The notes under the pieces are model-generated. The model did not search any database. It was not told the origin of the DNA and worked only from the letters and a program-made list of their open reading frames with translations. A program made the position numbers and the translations under genes. From Camelus ferus (Eukaryota), in the NCBI RefSeq assembly GCF_009834535.1, contig NC_045696.1, positions 113,772,001-113,836,000 on the forward strand: a DNA stretch of 64,000 nucleotides. Direction: 5' to 3'. This document shows positions 52,451-64,000 of the stretch, piece by piece; within the stretch, counting starts at the first letter, position 1; the number at the start of each line of letters is the position of its first letter.

Positions 52451-53096
52451 ACTCCATGACCATCATAATGTCAACAGAATTGGAAACTGAAATGAGAGGT
52501 CCAAGGAGAACCTGAAGAAGGTCACTTTGTCCACTCCCCTGCAGGGGTACAGTGCGACCACAGGAAGTTATTCTGATTTATTTTAGTCCTTATTTAGGTA
52601 CCTGTGAGAAGATTAATTTCTTTGACTGGTTTAATTCTTCATGCTTTTATGATTTATTACCAACAAATGAGAAGATGACATCTTTGTGAGGCGTTATTGC
52701 ACACTCTACGTGGAAAATAGCTTCCCAATCCCCAGACACTGAGAACACAATGAGAAAGAGGAATGGTGAGTTCTGTTAATCGTTTCAATTAAGTCTTCCC
52801 TTTGGGAATCCTATTCTGGAAATTTATAGCCCCAAAAACTCAGCTGGGGTTGAAAACTGCACATTTCTAGGGGTGAGGTCATTTATTCTCGGGTTTTAAT
52901 CCCCAAATCTCTATGCCTAGCTCATCACTCACTTGAACTGCAGATCTGTAAGGCTGCCGGGTAAATATTTCCCACGCAGATGTCCTACGGTTTCCTCATA
53001 GGAAACACGTCCTCACCTGGTCATTCAGACGAGAAACCAGAGATCCTCACTGATGTCTCAACGAGTCACCAGTGGCTACGGATGCCACTGGTAGAA

Positions 53097-53324
53097 CAGT
53101 GCTTCTCAACCACAGGTGGTCCCCCGGGGGCCTCCAGGGGACATGTGGCAATCTCTGGAAATAATTTTGTTTGGCACAAATTGGGGGGGCGGACAGGACG
53201 CTGCTGGCATCTAGTGTGTAGAGGCCTGGGACGCTGCCATGCATGCTGCAATGCAAAGGAAGGCCCCCACAACAAAGGAGGTGCTTGTCCAAAACATCAG
53301 TCGTGCTGAAGCTGGGAAATCCTG
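53097..53324 (+). mobile_element. MER20 (hAT-Charlie)
   Basis: CAGTGCTTCTCAACC..GGACATGTGGCAATCTCTGGA..GCTGCTGGCATCTAGTGTGTAGAGGCC..CCCCACAACAAAG..GGGAAATCCTG. Confidence 0.88.
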
Positions 53325-53899
53325 TTCTGTCCTACCTCAAATGTAAACTCTGTGCAGTAAGGGCCACCTCTGCATGTTTGGTACCTGGGCTGGCGTGTGG
53401 AACACACGTATTTAGTCAATAAAGGAATGAAAAAAAGAATTCACATATTGTTCCCCTTGTCTTCATTCCCAAAGCACAGGCCTCATCCTTTTCTAGCCTA
53501 GACCACTGGATCGGCCCCTAACTGCTGCTCTCCTTCCTTGTCTCCCTGCTTCTCAGTGTGTCTCTTATTCATCTCTATATATGAAGGGCCTCCCCAAAAA
53601 ACTGGTTCAGAGAACTTAATACATAATAGAATTCATCTATACTAGAGTGTAAAATCTAAGAACAAGTGTTCCTTCTTCCAGAGATTCAAGCAATTTAATT
53701 TTCTCTACAACTGGGAGATGAAAGGTTTGGTTCAGGACTGGGTTTGAATTCCAGTGCCACCTACTTCCTATGTGACCTGCATGCCACTTCAACCTCCCCG
53801 GCCCTCTGTTTTCTGATCTATGAAGTGGGGGTGGGGGAAGGGAGGGAATAAATACTGTCTCCCGGGCAAAGTTGTATGGATGAAATTAATTCAACAAAA

Positions 53900-53984
53900 T
53901 TTTCTTTAATGGAGGTACAGGGGATTGAACCCTGGACCTCGTGCTTGCTAGGCATGCACTCTACCACTGAGCTACACCCTCCCC
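53900..53984 (-). mobile_element. Camelid SINE, short form, inserted at an L2 end
   Basis: TGGAGGTACAGGGGATTGAACCCTGGACCTCGTGC..CTCTACCACTGAGCTACACCCTCCCC; TSD TAATTCAACAAA(A/T)TTTT at 53887 and 53987. Confidence 0.92.
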
Positions 53985-53986
53985 GC

Positions 53987-54960
53987 TAATTCAACAAATT
54001 TTTACTGTATTCTTAACTGAATCGCCAGGCACTGTTCTAGGTGCTGGGAATACAGAAGTGACACAAAAACAGACAAGTCCCTGGGCCTCATGGAGCTTAT
54101 ATGTTAATAACCAGAGGAAGGGAAATGTAACAAAGTTATAAACAAAAAGATGCATGACACCAGGAGGGAGAAGTGTTGGGGAGAAAAAGCAAGTGTGGTG
54201 GTGGTGGTGTGGGGAGCTCAGGAGCACAAGGTCAGGTGTTGTTCCTCAAGATCTTCCCTGAAAAGGTGACATCTGAGCAGACACTTGAGGGAGAAATGGA
54301 GCGGGCCATGCAAATTTCTAGGGGAAGACAATGCAGGCAGAAGGAAGAGCCAATGGAAAGTCTCCATGTAAGGAGCTGCTTGGAGCATCTGAGTCAAGAG
54401 TGATAGCTGGCGATTTCTAAAAGAATGTTGGGAATAGGGTGAGTCTCTGAGGATTTGTGTGCTTTTACTTAGTGAGTTGAAAATCACGGAAAGGTTTTAT
54501 GCAAAGAATCCACACGATGTGACTTACATGATAAAAGGGTCACCCGATGTACAGGTCTACACTGCAGGGGGTAAGGCAGAAGCAGGGTGATCAGATAAGA
54601 GGCTTCCTTAATAATCTGGGGGAGGGGAGCAGTAGATGGTGGGTGGGGCCAGAGTGTTACAGAAGGAGTGTTCCTCAGTAATGCTCAGAGTCTGGGTTTA
54701 TTCTGAAGATCTATTTTGAGCCAGTGAGACTGGATCTGGGTGGCTGTGAGAAGAGTCAAGGGTGACTGCAAGATTTTTAGCTTTAGCAGCTAGAAAAATG
54801 GAGTTCCCATTCACTGAGGTGGGGAGGACTTGTGGACCTGGATTGACAGAAGGCTGGTGGGTGTGTCATCAATGGTTTGGTTTTGGGCCTGACTGTTGGA
54901 TGTTCGACTGGAGATGTCAAACAGGCAACGTAGTAGGTGTGAAAGCACTGGATTTCCAGC
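53987..54960 (-). mobile_element. L2 3' portion
   Basis: ATTCAACAAAT..GCCAGGCACTGTTCTAGGTGCTGGGAATACAG..CCTCATGGAGCTTA..AAGGTGACATCTGAGCAGA..GAGTCAAGGGTGACT. Confidence 0.85.
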
Positions 54961-56294
54961 CAGAGTCTATATGACTGTATGAACTCAGGTTAAAAACAAG
55001 TTAATTCATGTCACTCCATGACAACCGTGTGTTCTCTCTCCAAGGGCAGAGCAAACGAGCGGGCAGTGGGTTCACACGTGTAAGCCACAGCTCTCTCTGA
55101 AATACTGGGAGACACCGTCAACTTTCCTCTTTGCAGTCAAAACAACTATTTAATAATAACCCAGCTTGAATAAAATTATGGAACTCCGTGATGATCTCTC
55201 TCTGGCTTTCAAATGCTGGGTATCATTGTTTTTGTGGAACTAGTTAGCTGCTCTATTCACAATTAGCCTTGACCAATCAATTTAAGGTTAAATATAATGA
55301 GGATAATCAAATACAATTTTTGAAAATGTGATGGGCCTAAATTATCTATTTCATTGTCTGAAAGCAGTTAAGACCTCTCCTATTAGCTGACTTTTCATTG
55401 GTAAGCAAACCATAGTTAATTTCATAAAACACAAAACCAAACCATAAAACAGAACACATCTGAAATGATTTCTAAGTTAAGATTTCTTTTAACATGTATT
55501 TGGTGCAATTTGTAATGGAAGAACAAGCTATATTAAAGAGCCTTTAGATATAATTAATATTAAAGAGTTGTTTTTTTTTCTCACCTGAATGTGTCTGCCT
55601 GATGTTTTCCTGTTTATTTTTTTAAACATCGTAGGCACAAATTTTATCATTCCTTTTTGGAAAATATCTCCTGGCAGAAACTGGCTTGCCATTACCAAGG
55701 TAAGAAGGCTTTCCAGTAACAGATCTGAGCATCGAGACAGCACCTCTGGCTGGGGCAGGGGTGGACCGAGATAATAAAAACAAACAAGCACACTTAATGC
55801 TCCCACCCATCTACTCTGAGATCTGAGTAGAAGGCCCACTTTTTTTTTTTTTTAATAAAATACCCAGATCCACAAGGAGACAGAAGAAGCCAAATTATGA
55901 ACAGGCTACGTCTATGTCTTTCTCCTGTGGAAACAAAAGACCTCACCTGTTCCCTAACATGACTCCTTAGTTAGGACAGATGTTGTCAGAATCTCTGAGA
56001 CATGAAACACCAGACACAGTGCGTCACAATCTTTTCAAAGTGTTTTTAGCAGAAAAAAATAATATAGGAATAAAACATATTCCATTATTTTGTTTCTGAA
56101 TTAAACACCTATACCTTAGGTTAAAAAAAAGTGCAGCTCTGGAGCACAGGAGTAATTATCTATAATATGAATATGAAAATATAACCCCTAATAAGATGTA
56201 AAACAATTTCTGCTTCACACATGGATATCTGAATTATAACATTAAAATGTATGTCTATACTGAAAAAGAAATAGTGTTAAAAAACTTTGGAAGG

Positions 56295-56598
56295 TAAGTG
56301 AGTACAAGGGATGTAATGTACAACATGATAGATATAATTAACACTGCTGCGTGTTAGACATGAAAGTTGTTAAGAGAGTAAATCCTAAAGAGTTCCCAAC
56401 ACAGGGAAAAAAAAATTTTTTTTTGCATCTGTATAAGATGATGGATGTTTACTAAACTTGTTGTGGGAATCATCTCATGATGCATGCAAGTCAAATCGTT
56501 ATGCCGTATTATCTTAAACTCACACAGTGTTTTATGCTAATTATATCTCAATAACACTGGAAGGGAAAAAATGGATAATAAAATTAAAAAAAAAAAAA
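56295..56598 (+). mobile_element. L1 3'-end fragment
   Basis: GGGATGTAATGTACAACATGAT..GAGAGTAAATCCTAA..AATTATATCTCAATAA + poly(A). Confidence 0.85.
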
Positions 56599-58019
56599 CC
56601 CTGTGGAACATACCAGTGATTATTATGCTTTTCCTTCACTAAACAGATTATCTTCTCAGAGAAATAATATTATCATTGGTGGTGAAGTATTCAACTAAGA
56701 ATTTGGCATTGGATACGACTACCAGTGTCATACAAACAAAACTCCTGTAGATTTAGTAAAAGAAGAGTAAACATATTGATCATATAAGAAAATCAATGTA
56801 TTAAAAGTTGTACTGAGATACAGCATTTGAAAGTACAAGCAGTACTTGACTGATTTAAAACTACTATACTAAGTTTAATGAATATTACTCACATCATTAA
56901 AATCTTGGTGTGCTTGCCTTATGAGAATTTAGGTGAGTTCTGGAAGAAATTATAGGAGTAGCTCACCTAGGGGCACGAAAAATCAGGGACTGGAGTGTGG
57001 GATGTTCAAACTGATGGAGTCCTACTCCCTAAAAGCTCCTGAGTGAGAAGAGGCACCCAAGTCGCTCCGCTGACCTTTAAGTGACATATTTGAGAGCTAC
57101 AGTATTTAAAAGTTCTCAGGATTCTATGTATGAGAGTTTGGGAAAAGGCATCTTGCAGACTTAGTCATGCTATAGACTAATTTTATGGCAGACATTTGAT
57201 AAAAATTAGTTAGCCAATAAGATTTATTTGTGAGCCTCTGCTCTCACCAACAATTCTCTCTGACACCTACGGCTACCTTGGTTCATTTTTCATTTCCAAC
57301 ACTAGAAAATGTTGCATGGATCAAAACTTTTGGCTAAGGTTGCTGGAAAAAGAGCAAAGGATGAAGGCAACAGAGAAAGAAAAACAAGACTTAACCCCAA
57401 ATATGGACTCTTTAGAGTAACAGGAGACTAGAAAGGATGGGTGTGGTACTTCAAAATTATTAAGTCTTTGTTTTAGTTAACAGCTTTCAAGACACTTGCA
57501 TACTTTCCCCCTTCAGAGTATCACATCTGTCTACAAAACCCGATTTCTAGAACTGATAAATTAGGTGGTGAAAATTTGCTTTGAAAACTTCCCACAGGTT
57601 TCGAATTAAGTGTGCAATTAAATTGGAATTTGATTACTGAAGTTTGATTATTCTTTGTCCTAAGAGATCGTTTTATCAAATTTATTCACTGAAGGGATTT
57701 GATTTTTTTCTGTTAATGTTCTTGACAGGTATGAATTCAGCTTTTTTTTTTGGAACACTCCCAGTAAAGGGAAGCCCAGTCTCAGAAGTTGAGCTATTCA
57801 AAAGCAGACTGTCCAGCCCTGGGGCAGATTTTCCTCACAGAGAATTGAAATCTGCTTCCCTGTAACTGACACCCTCCTGCTTCTATTTCTGTCCCATCCA
57901 GCCAACCAGGATCAAGTCTAATCCCAAACCACACCAGCGCTTCTGAAACATCAGAGGACAGATATCACATTCCTCCTACGTCCTATTTTTCCTAGTAAAC
58001 ATCTCCAGGGTAACTATGT

Positions 58020-58230
58020 ACAATTCAGTGGAAAGTACTTGGTCCCTGGAGTCCGAGTTCAGGAGATTCCTGGTTGTATATTATTAGAAAACCTCTGTAA
58101 GCCTCATCTAAGTTTCCTCATCTGTGAAACGGAACATCCCAGCCTTACGAGGGTGTTTTGGAAAAGAAACGGGTGGGCATGGTGGATACCCTAGACAGTG
58201 CTGGACCCAGTGAAGAAAATCAACAATGCT
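58020..58230 (+). mobile_element. MIR
   Basis: CCTGGAGTCCGAG..ACCTCTGTAAGCCTCA..GTTTCCTCATCTGTGAAACGG..ACAGTGCTGG. Confidence 0.65.
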
Positions 58231-58303
58231 AATAACTCTGCCCTCTCAGCTTATTCTTGTTTGCTCTTCTTTTTTTTTCTTTATTCCCTTCACTTGTTAA
58301 ACA

Positions 58304-59162
58304 TTTTTTATTTTTGTTGAAGTGTAGTTGATTTACAATGTTATGTTAGTTTCAAGTGTGTACAGCAAAGTGATTCAGTTATACATAAATATTCTTATTC
58401 AGATTCTTTTCCATTATAGGTTATTATAAGATATTAAATATAGTTCCCTGTGCTATACAGTAGGACCTTGTTGTTTATCTATTTTATGTTTAGTAGTGTG
58501 TATATGTTAAAACTAAACTCCTAATTTACCTCTCCCTCCTACTCCTTTCCCCTTTGGAAAGAAAATTATAGTTTCTTTTCTATGTCTGTGAGTCTATTTT
58601 CAGTTATAAATAAGTTCATTTGTATCACTCGTTTTTAGATTCCACATATTAGTGACATCATAAAGCATTTGCCTTTCTCTTTCTGACTTACTTCACTCAA
58701 TATGATAATCTCTAGGTCCAACCATGTTGCTGCAAATGGCATTATTTCATTCTTTTTTATGGCTGAGTAATACTTCTGTGTGTGTATGTGTGTCTGTGCA
58801 CGCGCGTGTGTGTGTGTGTGCGTGCATACCACATCTTCTTGATCCACTCATCTGTCGATGGACACTTAGGCTGCTTCCATGTCTTGGCTATTGTAAATAG
58901 TGCTGCTATGAACATTGGGGTGCAGGTGTCATTTTGAAGTAGGGTTTGCCCAGAAGTGAGATTCCTGAGTCATATGGTAAGTCTATTCCTAGTCTTTTGA
59001 GGAATCTCCGTACTGTTTTCTACAATGGCTGCACCAAACTGCATTCCCACCAACAGTGTAAGAGGGTTCCCTTTTCTCCACAGCCTCTCCAGCATTTATT
59101 ATTTGTAGACTTTTTAATGATGGTCATTCTGACTGGTGTGAGGTGATATTTCATTGTAGTTT
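58304..59162 (-). mobile_element. 5'-truncated L1 (ORF2 end + 3'UTR)
   Basis: [17 protein letters not shown] peptide on the minus strand; TTGAAGTGTAGTTGATTTACAATG terminus. Confidence 0.93.
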
Positions 59163-59894
59163 GTGTATCCTTCTTAAAATGACAAGCTCAAAAAAGTAAG
59201 TGAAGCAATCCAGATATTGTGGAACTGGTTCAGACTTCCAGAGATTGTATTCCTAAGAATATCACCTCAAGGCTTCAAGAACCTCAAGTTCCCACAGGAT
59301 TTTACTCAGTCAAAAGCCCACAAATTCTATTTACATAAAAAACAGAGCAAGTCTCTCTTTCCTAGCTGTATCATGATTTCTTTCTGATTTTTTTCAGTGA
59401 AATACTGTACACTTAGCCACTGAAATTCCATCTTATGAGTTCTGGCCCATCCTTTTTGGAGATGGAATTATTTTACCTACCTATTAGTTTTACTTACTTT
59501 TATTTACCTTTTATTGTCAAGCTCCTACCTTTGTCTAATCTACACATTTCTGTCATGCGGAACTTGGGTAAGCCTACACATTTTCTGAGATGTATGTTTC
59601 ACAGAATAGACTACACCAGACTTACAAGCAGCACAACTGCCTGATCAGAGATTTCCCTCCTCTGCCCCATCTGTTTTTCCTTTACTGAAAGGACTGCTGA
59701 GAAAGGTCCTCACCAGCAGTGCAACAGGTATGCAGATGATTTATGGGCTGAAGGCAAAGACATGAGGTTTCCACCCAGGAAAAGGTGAAAATAAGGATTA
59801 GTTATACTATGGCTTCATCACTGGAAACTGATCAAATGCTGCTCTGGGAGGTCACAGTGCCACCAGCTCCAACAGCTTGGACAAACTGTACTAT

Positions 59895-60030
59895 GCAACG
59901 TAGTAAGGAACACGGGCTTTCGACCCAGACGTCCTGGGTTCAATCCTGACACCATGATTTGCTTGCCTCATTATCCTGAGCAAGTTACTTCATTTCTCTG
60001 TGCATCGGTTTCCTATTTGGTAAAATTATA
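59895..60030 (+). mobile_element. MIR
   Basis: GAACACGGGCTTTCGACCCAGACGTCCTGGGTTCAATCCTGAC..GAGCAAGTTACTTCATTTCTCTGTGCATCGGTTTCCT. Confidence 0.75.
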
Positions 60031-60558
60031 CCAAAAAGTTATTACTTTTTGCTTTGATAGCAAAGCAATAACCAAGCATGAATGGAAAGGAAGAAAAAAG
60101 GAATAGAGAGAGAAATAAAAGAGGGAACATGGGAGCGAGAGAGGAGAATCAGAGGAAGTCAAGGTGAAGGTCTAGTCTGAGTCTTGCTTTTTAAATCATT
60201 TACTCCTACCCACACCTCAGATAGGTTTTACTTTCCTGGCTTGAGAAATTAAGCCAGGTCAAATGAGAATTTTGTATGGTGGCCAGCAGAATCCAGGTCC
60301 TCTTTTCATTTCCAAAGTGGAGAAAGAATTTAAACTTGTCAGATGACTGAGTTACAGGCAGTAGAAAGTAATGTGAAGAATTCTTAAAGTATTAAATAAG
60401 TAAAATCCGACCATGTTTTAAATAAGTAAAAATATGACCATGTTCTGATTACACTGTATTCTTATACTTTCTTCAGTCATTTATGTATGACTTTTCATTA
60501 ACCCATCATTCTTATTAATGGACTATTACCAATTCTTTACTGAGTTTTCTTGACATGA

Positions 60559-60954
60559 TTTTTCCTTCAAATGAAGTACAGTTTATTTACAATGCTGTGC
60601 TTGTTTCAAGTGTACAGTAAAGTGATTCACTTATACATATATATTCTTTATCAGATTCTTTTCCCTTATAGGCTATTACAAGATATTGAATACAGTTCCC
60701 TGTGCTATATAGTAGGTCCCTGTTATTTATCTATTGTATGCATAGTAGTGTGTATCTGCTAACTCCCAAACTCCTAATTTATCCCTCCCCTCCCTTTCCC
60801 CTAGGTAACCTTAAGTTTGGTTTCTATGTCTGTGAGTCTGTTTCTGTTTTGTAAATTAAATTCACTTGTATCATTCTTTTAGATACCACGTATAAGTGAC
60901 ATCATATGGTATTTGACTGACTTCACCTAGTATGAGACTCTCTAGGTCCATCCA
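60559..60954 (-). mobile_element. L1 3'UTR fragment
   Basis: TGAAGTACAGTTTATTTACAATG..CAGTTCCCTGTGCTATATAGTAGG..CTCTAGGTCCATCCA. Confidence 0.9.
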
Positions 60955-61190
60955 CTGACACAGTTTCAAGGTTTCAAGTCTCTGTGGGTCACACTTTCCA
61001 TTCCAGTGTGTGTGTATCTCATGTGAGCAGGTGAATCATGGAGACACCAAAGCTCACAGCTGGTGCCCTAAGCCTGACCTCGAGGGGGGCTCCCTCGCCC
61101 CTGGGTGAGGTCTGGCTCTCTTGGCTCTGGGTCCAGCACTGGCCCAACCTCCCTATCCTACTTCCACTCATAAAATGCTCTCTCCTGTCA

Positions 61191-61613
<423 letters not shown>

Positions 61614-62629
61614 TTAGAGAGTATATAAAGCTTGGAATTAAAAAAAAAAATCTATTTATGGTAACAATAAATTGAGCAATTCCATAAATACACACCCAAG
61701 TTAGTAGGTTAATTCCATATGATGATTCACTTGTTGAAATGATCAGTATTCTCTGAATGAAACATGTTGTTATAATTGAATAAAACAGAACCAAGAAGAT
61801 TCCATTTTGCCGTTTATGACCCTAAACCCATGAAACAAAAGATTCCAAGGACCATAGAGCAGAGGTAGGAGCACACATATTTAATAAAGCATAAAATTAT
61901 TTCTGAAGTCCTGAAAAGGGTGATATAGTCATAGGGTCAGAGAGATAAATTTTCAAAGTCAGAAGGAACACTAGAGGGAAAAAAATCCTTTTGGTAACTA
62001 AGAACAGAAATGAGGTTCATGGGAATCAGTAAATTCTTATCATTTACAAGATTCAGCTCAAGTATCAAATTCCATCTGAACCTTCTTTTTCTCTCTCCAC
62101 CCAAAGATTACCTGCCAATGCCCCCACCCTCCAAACATCACACCCAGTGTGACTGTAGAAGATAATGTGCATCATTTTGTTTTATACCTGGTTTTGTAAT
62201 TGTTTACTTTTTCCACCCCTCCCTAGAACTGAAGTTCTTTGAGGAATAGATTTTGCCTTGTCCTTAGTGCCTCAAAGGACATGTCTGTTGGATGATGATG
62301 ATGATGGATTAATAGCAAATCAAGAGAAACCACAAGGCTACCAGCAGCAAATATATGTCCCCCAGCTGCAGAGAAACTCACGGAGGAAAATAAGGTCCAC
62401 ACAAGTCAACTGAACTGTGTTAATTCTCTCACATTCATAGGAGGCAAAGTGAGATTGTAATTTAGCTCTCCTATATTCTTCTTGGCACATCAAGCTAATC
62501 CTACACTGAACAGCCAGAAATTCCCCTCACATCCCGTAGCAAAGTGGGCAATCTCATTAAAGTGCTTGGGAAGATTCTACTGCCAACAGAGATTTGTTCT
62601 TTCTTCATTTGACATTGGTTCATATCTAC

Positions 62630-63569
62630 CAAAAATTCATTACATATCTACAAAAAATTCAAGAATTCATACAACTCAACATCAATAAAAACATATAACC
62701 TGTTAAAAAATTGGCAGAGGACCTGAATAGGCATTTTTCCAAAGAAGATATACAGATGGTTAACAGGCACATGAAAAGATATTCAACATCATTAATGATG
62801 AAATGCAAATCAAAACCACAACGAGTTACCACCTCACACCTGTCTGAATGGCTATCATCAAAAAGACAAGTAACAAGTGTTGGTGAGAACGTGAAAAAAA
62901 AGGGAACCTTTGTGCACTGTTGGTGGTACTGTGAATTGGTACATCTACTATTGAAAACAGTATGGAGACTCCTAAAAAAACTAAAAATAGAACTACTATA
63001 TGATCCAGTAATTCCACTTCTGGGTATTTATCTGAAGAAAATGTAAACACTAATTTGAAAAGATATGCAACCCCATGGTTCACTGCAGCATTAGTTACAA
63101 TAACCAAAATATGAAAGCAACCTAAGTGCTCAATAGATGAATGGATAAAGAAGATGTGGCACACACACACACACACAGGAATATCATTGAGCCATAAAAA
63201 AGAATGAAATCTTGCAATTTGGGATAAAATGAATGGACCTTGTGGGTTTTATGCCAAGTGAAATAAGTTAGACAGAGAAAGACAAATACCATATGATTTC
63301 ACTTATATGTAGAATCTAAAAGACAAAACAAATGAACAAATTCACCTAAACAAAAACACAGTTATAGATACAGAGAACAAACAGGTGGTTGTCAGAGGGG
63401 AGAGGGATGAGGGGAAGGGAGAAACAGTGAGAGAGATGAAAAGGTACAAACTTCCAGTTACAAAATAAATGAGTCACGGTATGAAATGTACAGTGTGGGA
63501 ATACAATCAATAATTATGTAGTATTTTTGTATGGTGACAGATTAAAAAAATTAGAAAACAAAAAAAAAA
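62630..63569 (+). mobile_element. 5'-truncated L1 (ORF2 end + 3'UTR)
   Basis: ORF 62711-63046 ([33 protein letters not shown]), frameshifted; A-rich tail. Confidence 0.93.
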
Positions 63570-63935
63570 GCATGCATTTTAAACAAGTTGTGATATTCTG
63601 GGAATGCAAGGATAGTTTAATAATAGAAAGTTATTAATGTAATTTACCTGATACATTAAAGTAGAAAAACTGATAATCTCATTAGGTGCAGAAAAAGCAC
63701 TCAACAGGTTTTAATAACAGCCATTCATGATGAAAACCGGCAAAATTAGAATAGTAGGAAACTTCTTCTTTACTGTACCAGAGGTTATATTCATCAAGGT
63801 ATGAAACACACAAGGCAAAAACAAAAGGTTTATGGACTGGGATGGAAGAAATAAAACTGTTAGCATCTGCAGCATTTATGTACACAGAAAAACTCCCCAA
63901 ATCTATATGGAATGTATCAAATTTAATAAAAGTTT
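63570..63935 (+). mobile_element. Old L1 ORF2 (RT-region) remnant
   Basis: GGAATGCAAGGATAGTTTAA..ATCTCATTAGGTGCAGAAAAAGCA..CCATTCATGAT..GGAAGAAATAAAACTG. Confidence 0.75.
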
Positions 63936-63938
63936 AGT

Positions 63939-64000
63939 GGGGAGAGGTATAGCTCAGGGGTAGAGTGTGTGCTTAGCTTGCAAGAGGTCCTGGGTTTAAT
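63939..64000 (+). mobile_element. Camelid SINE, cut by the window edge
   Basis: GGGGAGAGGTATAGCTCAGGGGTAGAGTGTGTGCTTAGC..GAGGTCCTGGGTTTAAT. Confidence 0.88.

Overview
Mammalian genomic DNA, almost certainly camelid (multiple tRNA-Ala-derived vic-1-type SINEs). The window lies within the ubiquitin-conjugating enzyme gene UBE2E2 on the minus strand. It holds two coding exons: 61452-61584 (133 nt) and 28761-28908 (148 nt, carrying the catalytic Cys), about 32.5 kb apart. The first and last exons were not found and probably lie outside the window. The rest is intron filled with L1 fragments of several ages, camelid SINEs, MIR/L2/CR1 relics, a Tigger1 derivative, MER20, an MLT LTR and microsatellites; nearly all other listed ORFs are spurious or decayed L1 ORF2. 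I found no new protein-coding system. The most notable unexplained structures are: (1) a ~260-bp, ~91%-identical inverted duplication of largely non-repeat sequence at 34813-35767; (2) a MER41-like LTR fragment that ends in a poly(A) tail with a 12-bp TSD (apparently L1-retroposed) and keeps GAS-like motifs; (3) several unusual retrotransposition products; and (4) a diverged direct duplication near the window start. Repeat family names come from recalled consensus sequences, and alignments were done by eye.
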